A stretch of DNA of 64,000 nucleotides from an uncultured Clostridia bacterium (GTDB lineage Bacteria; Bacillota; Clostridia; Christensenellales; DTU072), in NCBI GenBank assembly GCA_934274515.1, contig CAKQTC010000003.1:1948-65947 (forward strand), written 5' to 3'. A model generated the notes under the pieces. That model was not told the DNA's origin. It saw only the letters and a list, made by a program, of their open reading frames with translations, and ran no database searches. The first letter of the stretch is position 1. Each line of letters begins with the position of its first letter. Of the stretch, positions 9,664 to 19,102 are shown piece after piece. The position numbers and the translations under genes were made by a program.

Positions 9664-11772
9664 ATGAAATTAGTAATCGTAGAATCGCCGACAAAGGCGA
9701 AAACCATCCAAAAATATCTCGGTAAAGACTATCGGGTAATGGCAAGCGGCGGACACGTTTGCGACCTGCCCGAAAAAAGTTTAGGGATAGACGTAGACGA
9801 CGATTTCAAGCCAAGTTACGTAATGGTTAAAGAAAAGAAAGACACCGTCAAAAGGTTAAAAGCCGCCGTAAAAGAGAGCGAACAAACGTATCTTGCAACC
9901 GACCCGGATAGAGAAGGAGAAGCGATAAGTTGGCATTTAAGCAACGTTCTCGATCTCGGTGACGACGCGCAACGAATAGAGTTTAACGAAATCAGCAACC
10001 GTGCGGTAAACGCAGCGATAAATAATCCGCGACACATTAATATGAATTTAGTAAACGCGCAACAAGCGCGTCGCGTGCTTGACAGGCTTGTCGGGTACAA
10101 AATAAGCCCGATACTCAACCAAAAAATCAAACAAGGACTTTCGGGCGGACGCGTCCAAAGCGCGGCGCTTAAAATGATAGTGGACCGCGAACGCGAAATA
10201 AGAGCGTTCGTTCCCGAAGAATATTGGAATATTTACGCAATGCTTACCAAACTCGGCAAAACTACCGCGTTCAAAGCGACGCTTGCGGATAAAAACGGTA
10301 AGAAAATTAAAATCGACAACGGCATAGCGGCGCAACAAACCGAAGACGAACTGCTTAAAGGCGAATACACCGTAGACAGCGTAAAAAGGGGAGAAAGCAG
10401 ATCGCATCCCGGCGCGCCGTTTACCACAAGTACGCTCCAACAAGACGGCTCGAACAGGCTTGGAATAACCGCTCCCGAAGTAATGAAACTCGCGCAACAA
10501 CTTTACGAAGGCGTAAACGTCGAAGGGTCGGGACTTACCGCACTCGTCACTTATATTCGTACCGACTCTGTAAGAGTTAGCGCGGAAGCGCAAAAAGAAG
10601 CGAAAGATTATATCGAAAAGAACTTCGGCAAAGAATACGCGCCCGAAAAGTATAACTATTATACGACGAAAAACGCGAACGTGCAGGACGCACACGAAGC
10701 GATAAGACCTATTTCGCTTGCGGTAACGCCCGAAAGCATCAAGGACAAGGTAGCACGAAACCTTTATAGGCTGTATAAACTTATCTACGACAGATTTTTG
10801 GCAAGTCAAATGTCGGAAGCGATTTACAACACCCTTAACGTTAAAATAAAAGCCGATTGCGGAGCAAACAAATACGGGTTCAAAATAACGGGAAAAACAA
10901 TTATTTTCAAAGGATTTACCATTGTTTACGAACACGATAAAGAAGAAGACGACGACAACGGTACGCAAAAACTTCCCGACTTTACCGAAGGTGAAAAACT
11001 TAATTTGAAAGAGATAAAGAAAGAGCAAAAGTTTACCAAACCGCCGACGAGATTTTCCGACGCCACGCTCATTAAAGCGATGGAAGAAAACGGTATCGGC
11101 AGACCTGCCACTTACGCCAACGTATTGAGCGTACTGGCACACAGGGACTATGTCGAAAAGGAAGGGAAACTGCTTAAACCGACGCAACTAGGAGAAACCG
11201 TTACGCAATTCATGGAAAAGAACTTCGCGGACATAGTGGACGTGCAGTTTACCGCGTCGATGGAAAACAAACTCGACGACGTGGTAAACGGGAATAAATG
11301 GCAGGACGTACTTGCCGCGTTTTATCCGCATTTTAACGAATGCATAACGAAAGCGTATTTCGGAGAGAAAAAAGTAAAGATGGAAGAAGAAGTTACCGAC
11401 GTTATTTGCGATAAATGCGGAGCGAATATGGTCGTTCGTAACGGCAGGTTCGGAAAATTTCTCGCTTGCCCGAACTATCCGAAGTGCAAAAACATTAAAA
11501 ACATAGTTGAACCGGTCGCGGAATGCCCCCGTTGTCACGGCGATATAGTGAAGAAGCACACGAAAAACGGTAAAGTTTTTTACGGTTGTGCAAACTATCC
11601 CGAATGTGACTTTATGAGTTGGGAACTTCCTGCTCCGATTTTCTGTCCCGTTTGCAGAAACGTGATGAAAATCGTAGTTAAGGACAACAAAAAGCAATAC
11701 GTCTGTATCAACAAAAACTGCGGACACGTCGAGTACCCTAAGACGGAAGAAACAGTTACGGAAAATGAATAA
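9664..11772 (+). CDS. topA: DNA topoisomerase I
   Basis: 702 aa with a Toprim N-terminus (MKLVIVESPTKAKTI), TDPDREGE, active-site region YIRTDS and C-terminal CxxC zinc ribbons. Confidence 0.97.
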   Translation: MKLVIVESPTKAKTIQKYLGKDYRVMASGGHVCDLPEKSLGIDVDDDFKPSYVMVKEKKDTVKRLKAAVKESEQTYLATDPDREGEAISWHLSNVLDLGDDAQRIEFNEISNRAVNAAINNPRHINMNLVNAQQARRVLDRLVGYKISPILNQKIKQGLSGGRVQSAALKMIVDREREIRAFVPEEYWNIYAMLTKLGKTTAFKATLADKNGKKIKIDNGIAAQQTEDELLKGEYTVDSVKRGESRSHPGAPFTTSTLQQDGSNRLGITAPEVMKLAQQLYEGVNVEGSGLTALVTYIRTDSVRVSAEAQKEAKDYIEKNFGKEYAPEKYNYYTTKNANVQDAHEAIRPISLAVTPESIKDKVARNLYRLYKLIYDRFLASQMSEAIYNTLNVKIKADCGANKYGFKITGKTIIFKGFTIVYEHDKEEDDDNGTQKLPDFTEGEKLNLKEIKKEQKFTKPPTRFSDATLIKAMEENGIGRPATYANVLSVLAHRDYVEKEGKLLKPTQLGETVTQFMEKNFADIVDVQFTASMENKLDDVVNGNKWQDVLAAFYPHFNECITKAYFGEKKVKMEEEVTDVICDKCGANMVVRNGRFGKFLACPNYPKCKNIKNIVEPVAECPRCHGDIVKKHTKNGKVFYGCANYPECDFMSWELPAPIFCPVCRNVMKIVVKDNKKQYVCINKNCGHVEYPKTEETVTENE

Positions 11773-13075
11773 AATCACTGTTATCGGCGGCGGACTTGCA
11801 GGATGCGAGTGCGCGTATGGGTTGCTTAAACGCGGATACGACGTCGTCTTGTACGAGATGCGTCCCGTAAAAGGAACGCCCGTCCACAAAACGGGGGATT
11901 TAGCCGAACTCGTATGCAGCAACAGTCTTAAATCGACCGACATAGCCACAATACAAGGGTTGTTAAAGTATGAACTGCGCGCGCTCGACAGTTTGATTCT
12001 CCGCGTTGCGGAAAGAACTTCCGTTCCCGCGGGAGGCGCGCTTGCGGTAGACAGGAGCGAGTTTTCCGCCGCGGTAGAGAAAGAACTTAGCGCGTTCGAC
12101 AACTTAAAAATCGTTCGGGAAGAGGTGACGAAACTTGATTTCGACGGGGAAGTAGTCGTTGCCACGGGTCCGCTTACCGAAGGGAAATTCGCCGAATGTG
12201 TAGCCGCGGTTACGGAAGAGAGCGAAATGCACTTCTACGACGCGGTTGCGCCTATCGTTACGGCGGAGAGCGTAGACAAAGAAAAGAGTTTTTTTGCTGC
12301 GCGATACGGAAAAGGCGGCGACGATTATCTTAATCTACCGATGGAGAAAGAAGAGTATCTTGCGTTTTATAACGAACTTATAAATGCGGAAACCGTTATA
12401 CTTAAAGAGTTCGAAAATAAGGACGTATTCAACGCGTGTATGCCGATAGAAGTGATGGCAAAGAAAGGGGAAGACAGCATAAGGTTCGGTCCGCTTCGTC
12501 CCGTAGGGATACGCGACCCGAAGACAGACAAAAGACCGTACGCGGTGGTGCAATTACGAAAAGAAGACAATTACGACGGGTTATACAATTTAGTCGGGTT
12601 TCAAACGAATTTGAAGTTCGGAGAGCAAAAACGAGTATTCGGCTTGATACCCGCCCTTCGTGACGCGGAGTTTGTAAGATACGGAGTTATGCATAGAAAC
12701 ACGTTTATAAACGCGCCGAAAGTGATAAATGCCGATTTTTCTTGTAAAAAACGTAAAAATTTGTGGTTTGCAGGGCAAATAAGCGGAGTGGAAGGGTATC
12801 TCGAAAGCGCGATGAGCGGACTTATGGTTGCTATTAACGTCGATAGAAAACTAAAAGGAAAGGAAAGTTTGATTCCGCCGGAAACTACTGCTACGGGCAG
12901 TCTTATGCGTTACGTAGCCGCATCGAACGGCAATTTTCAGCCGATGCACGTCAGTTATGCTTTAATGCCCGAACCGGAAGAAAAAATAAGAGATAAAAGA
13001 ATAAAAAAAGAAAAATACAGCCAAAGGGCTGTCGCGGCGATTGACAAATATGCCGAAACCATCTTAAAGGAGTAA
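11765..13075 (+). CDS. trmFO: methylenetetrahydrofolate--tRNA-(uracil-5-)-methyltransferase TrmFO
   Basis: N-terminal FAD-binding motif VIGGGLAGCE. Gid/TrmFO length and motifs. Conserved position after topA. Confidence 0.95.
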   Translation: MNKITVIGGGLAGCECAYGLLKRGYDVVLYEMRPVKGTPVHKTGDLAELVCSNSLKSTDIATIQGLLKYELRALDSLILRVAERTSVPAGGALAVDRSEFSAAVEKELSAFDNLKIVREEVTKLDFDGEVVVATGPLTEGKFAECVAAVTEESEMHFYDAVAPIVTAESVDKEKSFFAARYGKGGDDYLNLPMEKEEYLAFYNELINAETVILKEFENKDVFNACMPIEVMAKKGEDSIRFGPLRPVGIRDPKTDKRPYAVVQLRKEDNYDGLYNLVGFQTNLKFGEQKRVFGLIPALRDAEFVRYGVMHRNTFINAPKVINADFSCKKRKNLWFAGQISGVEGYLESAMSGLMVAINVDRKLKGKESLIPPETTATGSLMRYVAASNGNFQPMHVSYALMPEPEEKIRDKRIKKEKYSQRAVAAIDKYAETILKE

Positions 13076-13078
13076 AAA

Positions 13079-13612
13079 ATGGAATTGAAAGGTACGACGA
13101 TATGCGCCGTAAAGAAAAACGGCGTTACGGCGATTGCCGGAGACGGACAGGTTACGATGGGACAAAGCATCGTTATGAAAGGCAACGCCAAAAAAGTTAA
13201 AAGGATTTACGACGGCAAAGTAGTCGTCGGGTTTGCCGGTAGCGTAAGCGACGCGTTTACGCTTAGCGAAAAATTTGAAGAAATGTTACAAAAATATTCC
13301 GGAAACCTTATGCGTAGCGCGGTTGAACTTGCCGAGTGCTGGCGCACGGGCGGTGGAATGAGAAATTTGGAAGCAATGCTTATCGTCGCAGACAAAGACA
13401 ATATGTACGTTCTTAGCGGCGACGGTAACGTAATCGAACCCGAAGCGGGCGTTTGCGCGATAGGAAGCGGCGGAAATTACGCTTTAAGCGCGGCAAGAGC
13501 GCTTCTCGAAAATACGGATATGGACGCGGTAAATATCGTAAAAAAAGCAATGAAAATCGCGGCGGATATTTGTGTTTTTACAAACCACAACGTTGTTGTG
13601 GAAACGGTTTAA
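13079..13612 (+). CDS. hslV: ATP-dependent protease subunit HslV (ClpQ)
   Basis: 177 aa. [10 protein letters not shown] follows a 5-residue leader, then GDGQVT and GSGGNYA proteasome-beta-like motifs. Confidence 0.95.
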   Translation: MELKGTTICAVKKNGVTAIAGDGQVTMGQSIVMKGNAKKVKRIYDGKVVVGFAGSVSDAFTLSEKFEEMLQKYSGNLMRSAVELAECWRTGGGMRNLEAMLIVADKDNMYVLSGDGNVIEPEAGVCAIGSGGNYALSAARALLENTDMDAVNIVKKAMKIAADICVFTNHNVVVETV

Positions 13613-13627
13613 CGGGAGAATAAAAAA

Positions 13628-14944
13628 ATGGAATTGACCCCAAAACAAATAGTTAACGAACTTGACAGATACATCATCGGGCAATACGACGCGAAGAGAG
13701 CGGTTGCCGTTGCTTTGCGTAATCGTTACAGAAGAAGAATGTTACCGCAGGAAATGCGCGAAGAAATCACTCCGAAAAACATTATTATGAAAGGGCCTAC
13801 GGGCGTAGGAAAGACCGAGATAGCGAGAAGGCTTGCAAAACTCGTTAAAGCACCGTTCGTTAAGGTGGAAGCGACGAAGTTTACCGAAGTAGGGTATGTC
13901 GGACGCGACGTCGAAAGTATGATACGCGACCTTGTCGAAGTAGGAATAAGGCTTGTAAACGAAGAAAAAATCGCGGAAGTGGAGCCTAAGGCAAGAGAAA
14001 TCGCAGAAGCGAAACTCGTTAACGCCATTTTACAAGCAAAGAAAAAGAATTCTCCCGATAAGAGTGAAGAAGAGTTAAAAAACGAACTTTATGACGCTTT
14101 ACACGCAGGAAAACTCGACAAAATCCCCGTGGAAATCGAAGTGGAAGAAGCACCGAAACAACTTTCGCTCGGACCTATGGGCGCGCCTCAGGACAACAAT
14201 TTCGGGGAAATCCTCGGTAGTATAATGCCTAAGAGAAAGAGAAAACGCAAAATAAACGTTGCGACCGCTTTGAAGATTTTTATCAACGAAGAAGCGGAAA
14301 AGATGATAGACAAAGATTCCATCACTGCGGAAGGACTTCGCAGAGCGGAACAAGACGGAATAATCTTTATCGACGAACTCGATAAAATCGCGTCCAAAGG
14401 TAACACGAGCGGTCCCGACGTGAGCAGAGAAGGCGTACAAAGGGATATCCTTCCCATCGTGGAAGGTTGTACGGTCAATACCAAGTACGGCAATATAAGA
14501 ACGGATTACATCCTGTTTATCGCCGCAGGCGCGTTCCACATCTCGAAGATAAGCGACCTTATTCCCGAACTGCAAGGAAGATTCCCGGTTATCGTCAATC
14601 TCAACAGTCTTACAGAAGACGATTTTTGCAAAATATTGAGAGAACCCGACAATGCGATTATTATGCAGTATGCGGAAATGCTCAAAGTCGATAAAGTGGG
14701 ATTGAGATTTACCGACGACGCGATAAAGGAACTTGCTCACGTCGCACAAATAGAAAACGAAAACAAAGAAAACATCGGCGCACGCAGATTGCACACGATA
14801 ATGGAATCGCTTTTGGAAGACGTGTCGTTTAACGCTTGCGGAGACACCGAGAGCGAAGTCGAACTTCTCGTAGACAAAGCGTACGTGGACGAACACCTTG
14901 CCGAAGCCTTGAATTCCAAGGATTTGAAAAAATATATCTTATAA
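13628..14944 (+). CDS. hslU: ATP-dependent protease ATPase subunit HslU (ClpY)
   Basis: TPKQIVNELDRYIIGQ, Walker A GPTGVGKTEIARRLA, IIFIDELDKI. Confidence 0.97.
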   Translation: MELTPKQIVNELDRYIIGQYDAKRAVAVALRNRYRRRMLPQEMREEITPKNIIMKGPTGVGKTEIARRLAKLVKAPFVKVEATKFTEVGYVGRDVESMIRDLVEVGIRLVNEEKIAEVEPKAREIAEAKLVNAILQAKKKNSPDKSEEELKNELYDALHAGKLDKIPVEIEVEEAPKQLSLGPMGAPQDNNFGEILGSIMPKRKRKRKINVATALKIFINEEAEKMIDKDSITAEGLRRAEQDGIIFIDELDKIASKGNTSGPDVSREGVQRDILPIVEGCTVNTKYGNIRTDYILFIAAGAFHISKISDLIPELQGRFPVIVNLNSLTEDDFCKILREPDNAIIMQYAEMLKVDKVGLRFTDDAIKELAHVAQIENENKENIGARRLHTIMESLLEDVSFNACGDTESEVELLVDKAYVDEHLAEALNSKDLKKYIL

Positions 14945-14963
14945 AATTGTCGGAGAGAACGAA

Positions 14964-16214
14964 ATGATAAACATACCGAAAGGAACGAAAGACGTACTGC
15001 CGCAGGAAAGTTATAAATGGCATTACGTCGAAAATACGGCGAGAAAAGTAACCGAAGATTTCGGGTTTAGAGAAATAAGAACGCCTACGTTCGAGCATAC
15101 CGAACTTTTTTTGCGCGGAGTAGGAGACACGACGGATATAGTCAACAAAGAAATGTACACGTTTGCGGACAAAGGCGGCAGGAGCATATCGCTTAAACCC
15201 GAAGGAACCGCCGGCGTTGCGCGTTGTTTTGTAGAAAACGCTTTGATAAATGCGCCGCAACCGTCAAAAATGTACTACATTACGCCGGTTTTTCGTTACG
15301 AAAAACCGCAGGCAGGGAGGCTTAGGGAACATCATCAGTTCGGAATCGAACTTTACGGGAGCGGTTCCCCGTACGCTGACGCGGAAGTTATTTCGCTGGC
15401 AAAAGAGTTTTTCGACAGACTCGGACTGACCGAATTGACGCTTAACATTAACAGCATCGGCTGTCCTAATTGCCGTAAAGCCTATTCAGCCGCGCTAAAA
15501 GAGCACTTTTATAAACGCGCGGATAAACTGTGTGACACCTGTAAAGAAAGGTTGGAAAAAAACCCGTTGCGCGTGCTGGATTGCAAAAACCCGGAATGTA
15601 AAGAAGTGGCGCAAGACGCACCCGAAGTCCTCGATTTTTTGTGCGACGAGTGTAGAGCCCATCACGACAAACTCTGTTCCATACTCGTCAATCTCGGCAT
15701 AAAATTTGAGATTAACCCGAAAATCGTGCGCGGATTAGATTATTATACGCGTACGGTTTTTGAGTTTGTTTCCAACTCGATAGGAAGCCAAGGAACGGTT
15801 TGCGGCGGCGGCAGATACAACGGACTCGTAGAAGAAATCGGCGGTACCGACGTTCCTGCGGTGGGTTTCGGGCTAGGATTGGAAAGACTGATTATGGTAA
15901 TGGAAAACGCGTCGCTTTCTTTCGGGAAGGAACCTGTGGCAAAACTTTACGTCGCGCCTATGAACGAAAAATATTGCGATAAAGCGATGAAATTTGCAAC
16001 AGAATTAAGACGAAAAGGCATATCGTGCCTAACTGACATCATCGGTAAAAGCCTTAAAGCACAAATGAAATACGCCGACAAAATCGGCGCGGAAAACGCC
16101 GTGGTCGTCGGAGAAGACGAAACGATAAAAGACGAATACGTAATTAAAAATTTAAGAACAAAAGAGTGTAAAATCGTAAACGAAGATAATCTTTTAAGCG
16201 GCACTTGGCAATAA
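14964..16214 (+). CDS. hisS: histidine--tRNA ligase
   Basis: Class II motifs are intact: FRYEKPQAGRLREHHQFGIE (motif 2) and GGGRYNGLV (motif 3). C-terminal anticodon-binding domain present. Confidence 0.95.
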   Translation: MINIPKGTKDVLPQESYKWHYVENTARKVTEDFGFREIRTPTFEHTELFLRGVGDTTDIVNKEMYTFADKGGRSISLKPEGTAGVARCFVENALINAPQPSKMYYITPVFRYEKPQAGRLREHHQFGIELYGSGSPYADAEVISLAKEFFDRLGLTELTLNINSIGCPNCRKAYSAALKEHFYKRADKLCDTCKERLEKNPLRVLDCKNPECKEVAQDAPEVLDFLCDECRAHHDKLCSILVNLGIKFEINPKIVRGLDYYTRTVFEFVSNSIGSQGTVCGGGRYNGLVEEIGGTDVPAVGFGLGLERLIMVMENASLSFGKEPVAKLYVAPMNEKYCDKAMKFATELRRKGISCLTDIIGKSLKAQMKYADKIGAENAVVVGEDETIKDEYVIKNLRTKECKIVNEDNLLSGTWQ

Positions 16215-16233
16215 TCGTATAAAAAAGGAAGGA

Positions 16234-16554
16234 TTGTATATGAAAAATATCACGGCTAACGAGACGGAATCGACAAAGAACGGAATAACGGTGGTGGATT
16301 TTTATGCGGATTGGTGTGGTCCGTGTCAATATATGAAACCGTTTTTTGAAAAAGCGGAAAAAGAAATCAACGCGCTCGGCGCGCAGTGCTACGAAGTAAA
16401 CGTGGACGAATGTGAGGAATTTGCAACCCAAAATAAAATTAACTTCATTCCTTGCGTAATAATTTTCGACAACGGCATAGAAAAAGCAAGATTCACCGGC
16501 GGAAGAGATACCGACGGTATATTGCAATTCGTAAGAGAAAATATGAATAAATAG
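16234..16554 (+). CDS. trxA: thioredoxin
   Basis: 106 aa with the WCGPC active site. Confidence 0.9.
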   Translation: MYMKNITANETESTKNGITVVDFYADWCGPCQYMKPFFEKAEKEINALGAQCYEVNVDECEEFATQNKINFIPCVIIFDNGIEKARFTGGRDTDGILQFVRENMNK

Positions 16555-16583
16555 TTGCATTTTTCCTACCAAAGCAGTATACT
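16555..16583 (+). promoter_or_regulatory. SigA-type promoter TTGCAT-17-TATACT for nifS-nifU
   Basis: ttgcat at 16555-16560, a 17-nt spacer, then tatact at 16578-16583, immediately after the trxA stop. Confidence 0.5.
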
Positions 16584-16607
16584 TTTGTCGAAATAATGAA
16601 CTAGATA

Positions 16608-16627
16608 TTGTTGCTGGTTAGCAACAA
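16608..16627 (+). promoter_or_regulatory. perfect 8-bp inverted repeat in the nifS leader
   Basis: ttgttgct-ggtt-agcaacaa. No clean U-tract follows, so it is not a clear terminator. Confidence 0.4.
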
Positions 16628-16636
16628 GCGTGTTAT

Positions 16637-16654
16637 TTGTATCTACGGATACAA
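16637..16654 (+). promoter_or_regulatory. 7-bp inverted repeat TTGTATC-N4-GATACAA (candidate operator or leader hairpin)
   Basis: Lies between the predicted promoter and the nifS RBS. A near-identical copy sits at 23-40. Confidence 0.4.
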
Positions 16655-16667
16655 AATAGGAGATAAA

Positions 16668-17849
16668 ATGAGGATATATTTGGATAATTCGGCTACGACG
16701 AGTACGGACAAGAGGGTCGTGGAGAGTATGGTTCCATATATGACCGACGTTTACGGCAACGCGTCGAGTTTGCACGGGTTCGGAAGAGAAGCCGCGGCTG
16801 CGGTGGACGAAGCGAGAGCGAAGATAGCGGCGATATTTAACGCGAAACCGCAAGAAATATATGTTACGAGCGGCGGAACGGAGAGCGACAACTGGGCGTT
16901 GCGCGGCGTTGCGCACGCAAATGCGAAAGACGGAAAACACATTATCACGACCGCCGTGGAGCATCCTGCGGTAATGCAGACGTGCAAGCAACTTGAAAAG
17001 GAAGGGTTTTCTATAACGTATCTTCCGACGGGGACGGACGGAAGAGTAAAAACGGAAGACGTCAAAGCGGCGGTAAGAGACGATACGATATTAATTTCGA
17101 TAATGTTTGCCAACAACGAAACCGGCGCGATAATGCCGATAAAGGAAATCGGCGCGTTTTGTAAGGAAAACGGTATAATTTTCCATACCGACGCGGTGCA
17201 GGCGATAAGCAGTATCAAAATCGACGTAGACGAATACGGTATTGACCTGTTAAGTTTGTCGGCGCATAAATTCCACGGACCTAAAGGTATAGGCTTGTTA
17301 TACGTTCGCAACGGCGTTAAAATCGACAGACTTATGTATGGCGGGCACCAAGAGCGGACGTACAGACCCGGCACGACGAACACCCCGGGCATTGTCGGAA
17401 TGGCGAAAGCGCTTGAACTTTGCGTTGCCGAAATGGACGAAAATAACGCAAAAATCAAGGCAATGCGCGATAGATTTATCGAAAGAGTACAAAAAGAGAT
17501 ACCCGCTTGCAGACTTAACGGCGGAATGGAGTATCGGCTTGTAAGCAACGCGAATTTTAGTTTCGACTATATCGAAGGGGAGTCTATATTAATGACGCTC
17601 GACCTTAACGGTATAGCGGTGAGCAGCGGGTCCGCGTGCAGTTCGGGCAGTTTGGAGCCGTCTTACGTTATTATGGCGGCAGGCGCAACTATCGAGGAGG
17701 CGCACAGTTCCATAAGATTTAGTTTCGGCAAAGACAATACCATGGAAGAAACGGAATACGTAGCGGACGTTCTGCGCGATACCATTGAAAAATTGCGTAG
17801 TTGGTCGCCGCTTTTCAAAGAAATAAAAGGAGAGAGTACAAATGTATAG
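16668..17849 (+). CDS. nifS: cysteine desulfurase (NifS/IscS group I)
   Basis: MRIYLDNSATT start with AGGAG upstream, PLP-lysine region SAHKFHGPKG, active-site loop SSGSACSSG. The track start at 16608 sits in the leader hairpin. Confidence 0.92.
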   Translation: MRIYLDNSATTSTDKRVVESMVPYMTDVYGNASSLHGFGREAAAAVDEARAKIAAIFNAKPQEIYVTSGGTESDNWALRGVAHANAKDGKHIITTAVEHPAVMQTCKQLEKEGFSITYLPTGTDGRVKTEDVKAAVRDDTILISIMFANNETGAIMPIKEIGAFCKENGIIFHTDAVQAISSIKIDVDEYGIDLLSLSAHKFHGPKGIGLLYVRNGVKIDRLMYGGHQERTYRPGTTNTPGIVGMAKALELCVAEMDENNAKIKAMRDRFIERVQKEIPACRLNGGMEYRLVSNANFSFDYIEGESILMTLDLNGIAVSSGSACSSGSLEPSYVIMAAGATIEEAHSSIRFSFGKDNTMEETEYVADVLRDTIEKLRSWSPLFKEIKGESTNV

Positions 17850-18219
17850 TCAAAAAGTTTTGGATACTTTTGCAAACCCTAAAAACGTAGGGGAGATAGA
17901 CAACGCGGACGGAGTCGGGACCGTCGGTAATGCAAAATGCGGCGACATAATGCAGGTTTTTCTTAAAATAAAAGACGACGTCATCGTTGATGCAAAGTTT
18001 AAGACGTTCGGTTGTACGGCGGCGATAGCGAGTAGCAGTATGGCGACTGAAATGATAAAGGGCAAGACGCTCGACGAGGCGCTTAAATTGAAAAATGCGG
18101 ATGTAGTGGAGGCACTCGAAGGATTGCCGCCGCAAAAAATTCACTGCTCTGTTCTTGCCGAAGAGGCGATTGCCGAAGCAATTAAGGATTATCGTGCAAA
18201 ACAAGCCAAAAACGCGTAA
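17842..18219 (+). CDS. nifU: Fe-S cluster assembly scaffold NifU/IscU
   Basis: 125 aa with three conserved Cys contexts (KCGD, FGCTAAIAS, IHCSVLA). Overlaps the nifS end by 8 nt. Confidence 0.9.
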   Translation: MYSQKVLDTFANPKNVGEIDNADGVGTVGNAKCGDIMQVFLKIKDDVIVDAKFKTFGCTAAIASSSMATEMIKGKTLDEALKLKNADVVEALEGLPPQKIHCSVLAEEAIAEAIKDYRAKQAKNA

Positions 18220-18246
18220 AATTTGATGTTTCTGTACAAAAAACAA

Positions 18247-18277
18247 ACGCTCGATTTATTTCGAGCGTCTTTTTTTA
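18247..18277 (+). terminator. intrinsic terminator after nifU
   Basis: acgctcga-tttatt-tcgagcgt stem-loop followed by cttttttt. Confidence 0.75.
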
Positions 18278-18304
18278 TATCGACATAACATTATTTTTTT
18301 ATAC

Positions 18305-18336
18305 ACAAAAACTGCTTCGTAGCAACGGAAGCAGTT
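18305..18336 (-). terminator. intrinsic terminator after rpmB
   Basis: On the minus strand, stem actgcttc/gaagcagt is followed by tttttgtgt. Confidence 0.65.
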
Positions 18337-18369
18337 TATTTTGTCGTGTAAAATGAGCGTAACGAACGA

Positions 18370-18558
18370 TTACGCGTCTTTCTTTTCCGTTCTAAGGCAA
18401 CGGGTGCAGACGTATTCGTAACTTACTCTGCCGTTTTCGTCAACTCTTTTAACTTTATGAACGTTGGCTTTCCAACTTCTTCTGGTCTTTATATTACTAT
18501 GGCTTACTTTATTTCCGCTTATCTGCGCTTTGCCGCATACACTGCAAACTCTGCTCAT
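18370..18558 (-). CDS. rpmB: 50S ribosomal protein L28 (zinc-ribbon form)
   Basis: MSRVCSVCGK...SHSNIKTRR...CTRC. 62 aa with two CxxC pairs. Confidence 0.95.
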   Translation of the reverse strand: MSRVCSVCGKAQISGNKVSHSNIKTRRSWKANVHKVKRVDENGRVSYEYVCTRCLRTEKKDA

Positions 18559-18588
18559 TTAGCACCTCCTATTGAATAAACGCAATTC

Positions 18589-18617
18589 ATTATACAACGC
18601 TTTAACCTAAATAGCAA
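18589..18617 (-). promoter_or_regulatory. SigA-type promoter TTGCTA-17-(TG)TATAAT for rpmB
   Basis: The reverse complement reads ttgcta, 17 nt, tataat, with TGt immediately upstream of the -10. Confidence 0.55.
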
Positions 18618-18645
18618 ATGATTTTTTACATTTTTTCTAAATTAC

Positions 18646-18674
18646 TTGCAAAATTTCGAGCAATATATTATCAT
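18646..18674 (+). promoter_or_regulatory. SigA-type promoter TTGCAA-17-TATCAT for yloU-yloV-recG
   Basis: ttgcaa at 18646-18651, a 17-nt spacer, then tatcat at 18669-18674. Confidence 0.5.
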
Positions 18675-18716
18675 TAATATAGTGCGACGCCGTGCAGGCG
18701 AAGCAAGGGAGAAGAA

Positions 18717-19067
18717 ATGGCATTACAGACCAGCAACATATACGGAAACATAGTCGTTTCGGACGAAGCGGTTGCTTTGGTTATCAAAAAAGTCGCGGTT
18801 GAGTGTTACGGCGTATCCGAGTTGGTTAGCCGTCGTTTAAGCGACAGCGTTTTGATGCTGTTTAATAAAGAACCCGTATCCAAAGGCATAAAGTTGGTGA
18901 CTTTGGACAACAGAATTTTTATAGATATATACTGCTTGATAGCAGACGGAGTCAACGTAGACGCGGTTGTGGCGAGCCTTAAATCGTCGGTAATTTATCA
19001 CGTGGAGCATTTTACCGGAATGAGAGTAAAACAAGTAGACGTACACGTGGTCGGAATGCGATTATAA
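18717..19067 (+). CDS. yloU: Asp23/Gls24 family envelope-stress protein
   Basis: 116 aa with an Asp23-like sequence (VVSDEAVALVIKKVAVECYGV). Bacillus-type position divergent from rpmB and upstream of yloV. Confidence 0.85.
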   Translation: MALQTSNIYGNIVVSDEAVALVIKKVAVECYGVSELVSRRLSDSVLMLFNKEPVSKGIKLVTLDNRIFIDIYCLIADGVNVDAVVASLKSSVIYHVEHFTGMRVKQVDVHVVGMRL

Positions 19068-19102
19068 GGCGTTGACTTATATGGAGAGGAACGAATAAAA
19101 AT

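Noticed and set aside
10048-12165. Long minus-strand ORFs (379 aa at 10048-11187 and 325 aa at 11188-12165) opposite topA and trmFO
   Set aside because: They lie entirely antisense to genes with unmistakable motifs. Their products are low-complexity and Arg/Phe/Val-rich, with no RBS. They are explained by the codon bias of the sense strand.
14945-14963. T-box leaders upstream of hisS (and of thrS at 45948-45972)
   Set aside because: The intergenic gaps are only 19 and 25 nt, too short for a ~200-nt T-box. Both genes look translationally chained to the upstream gene.
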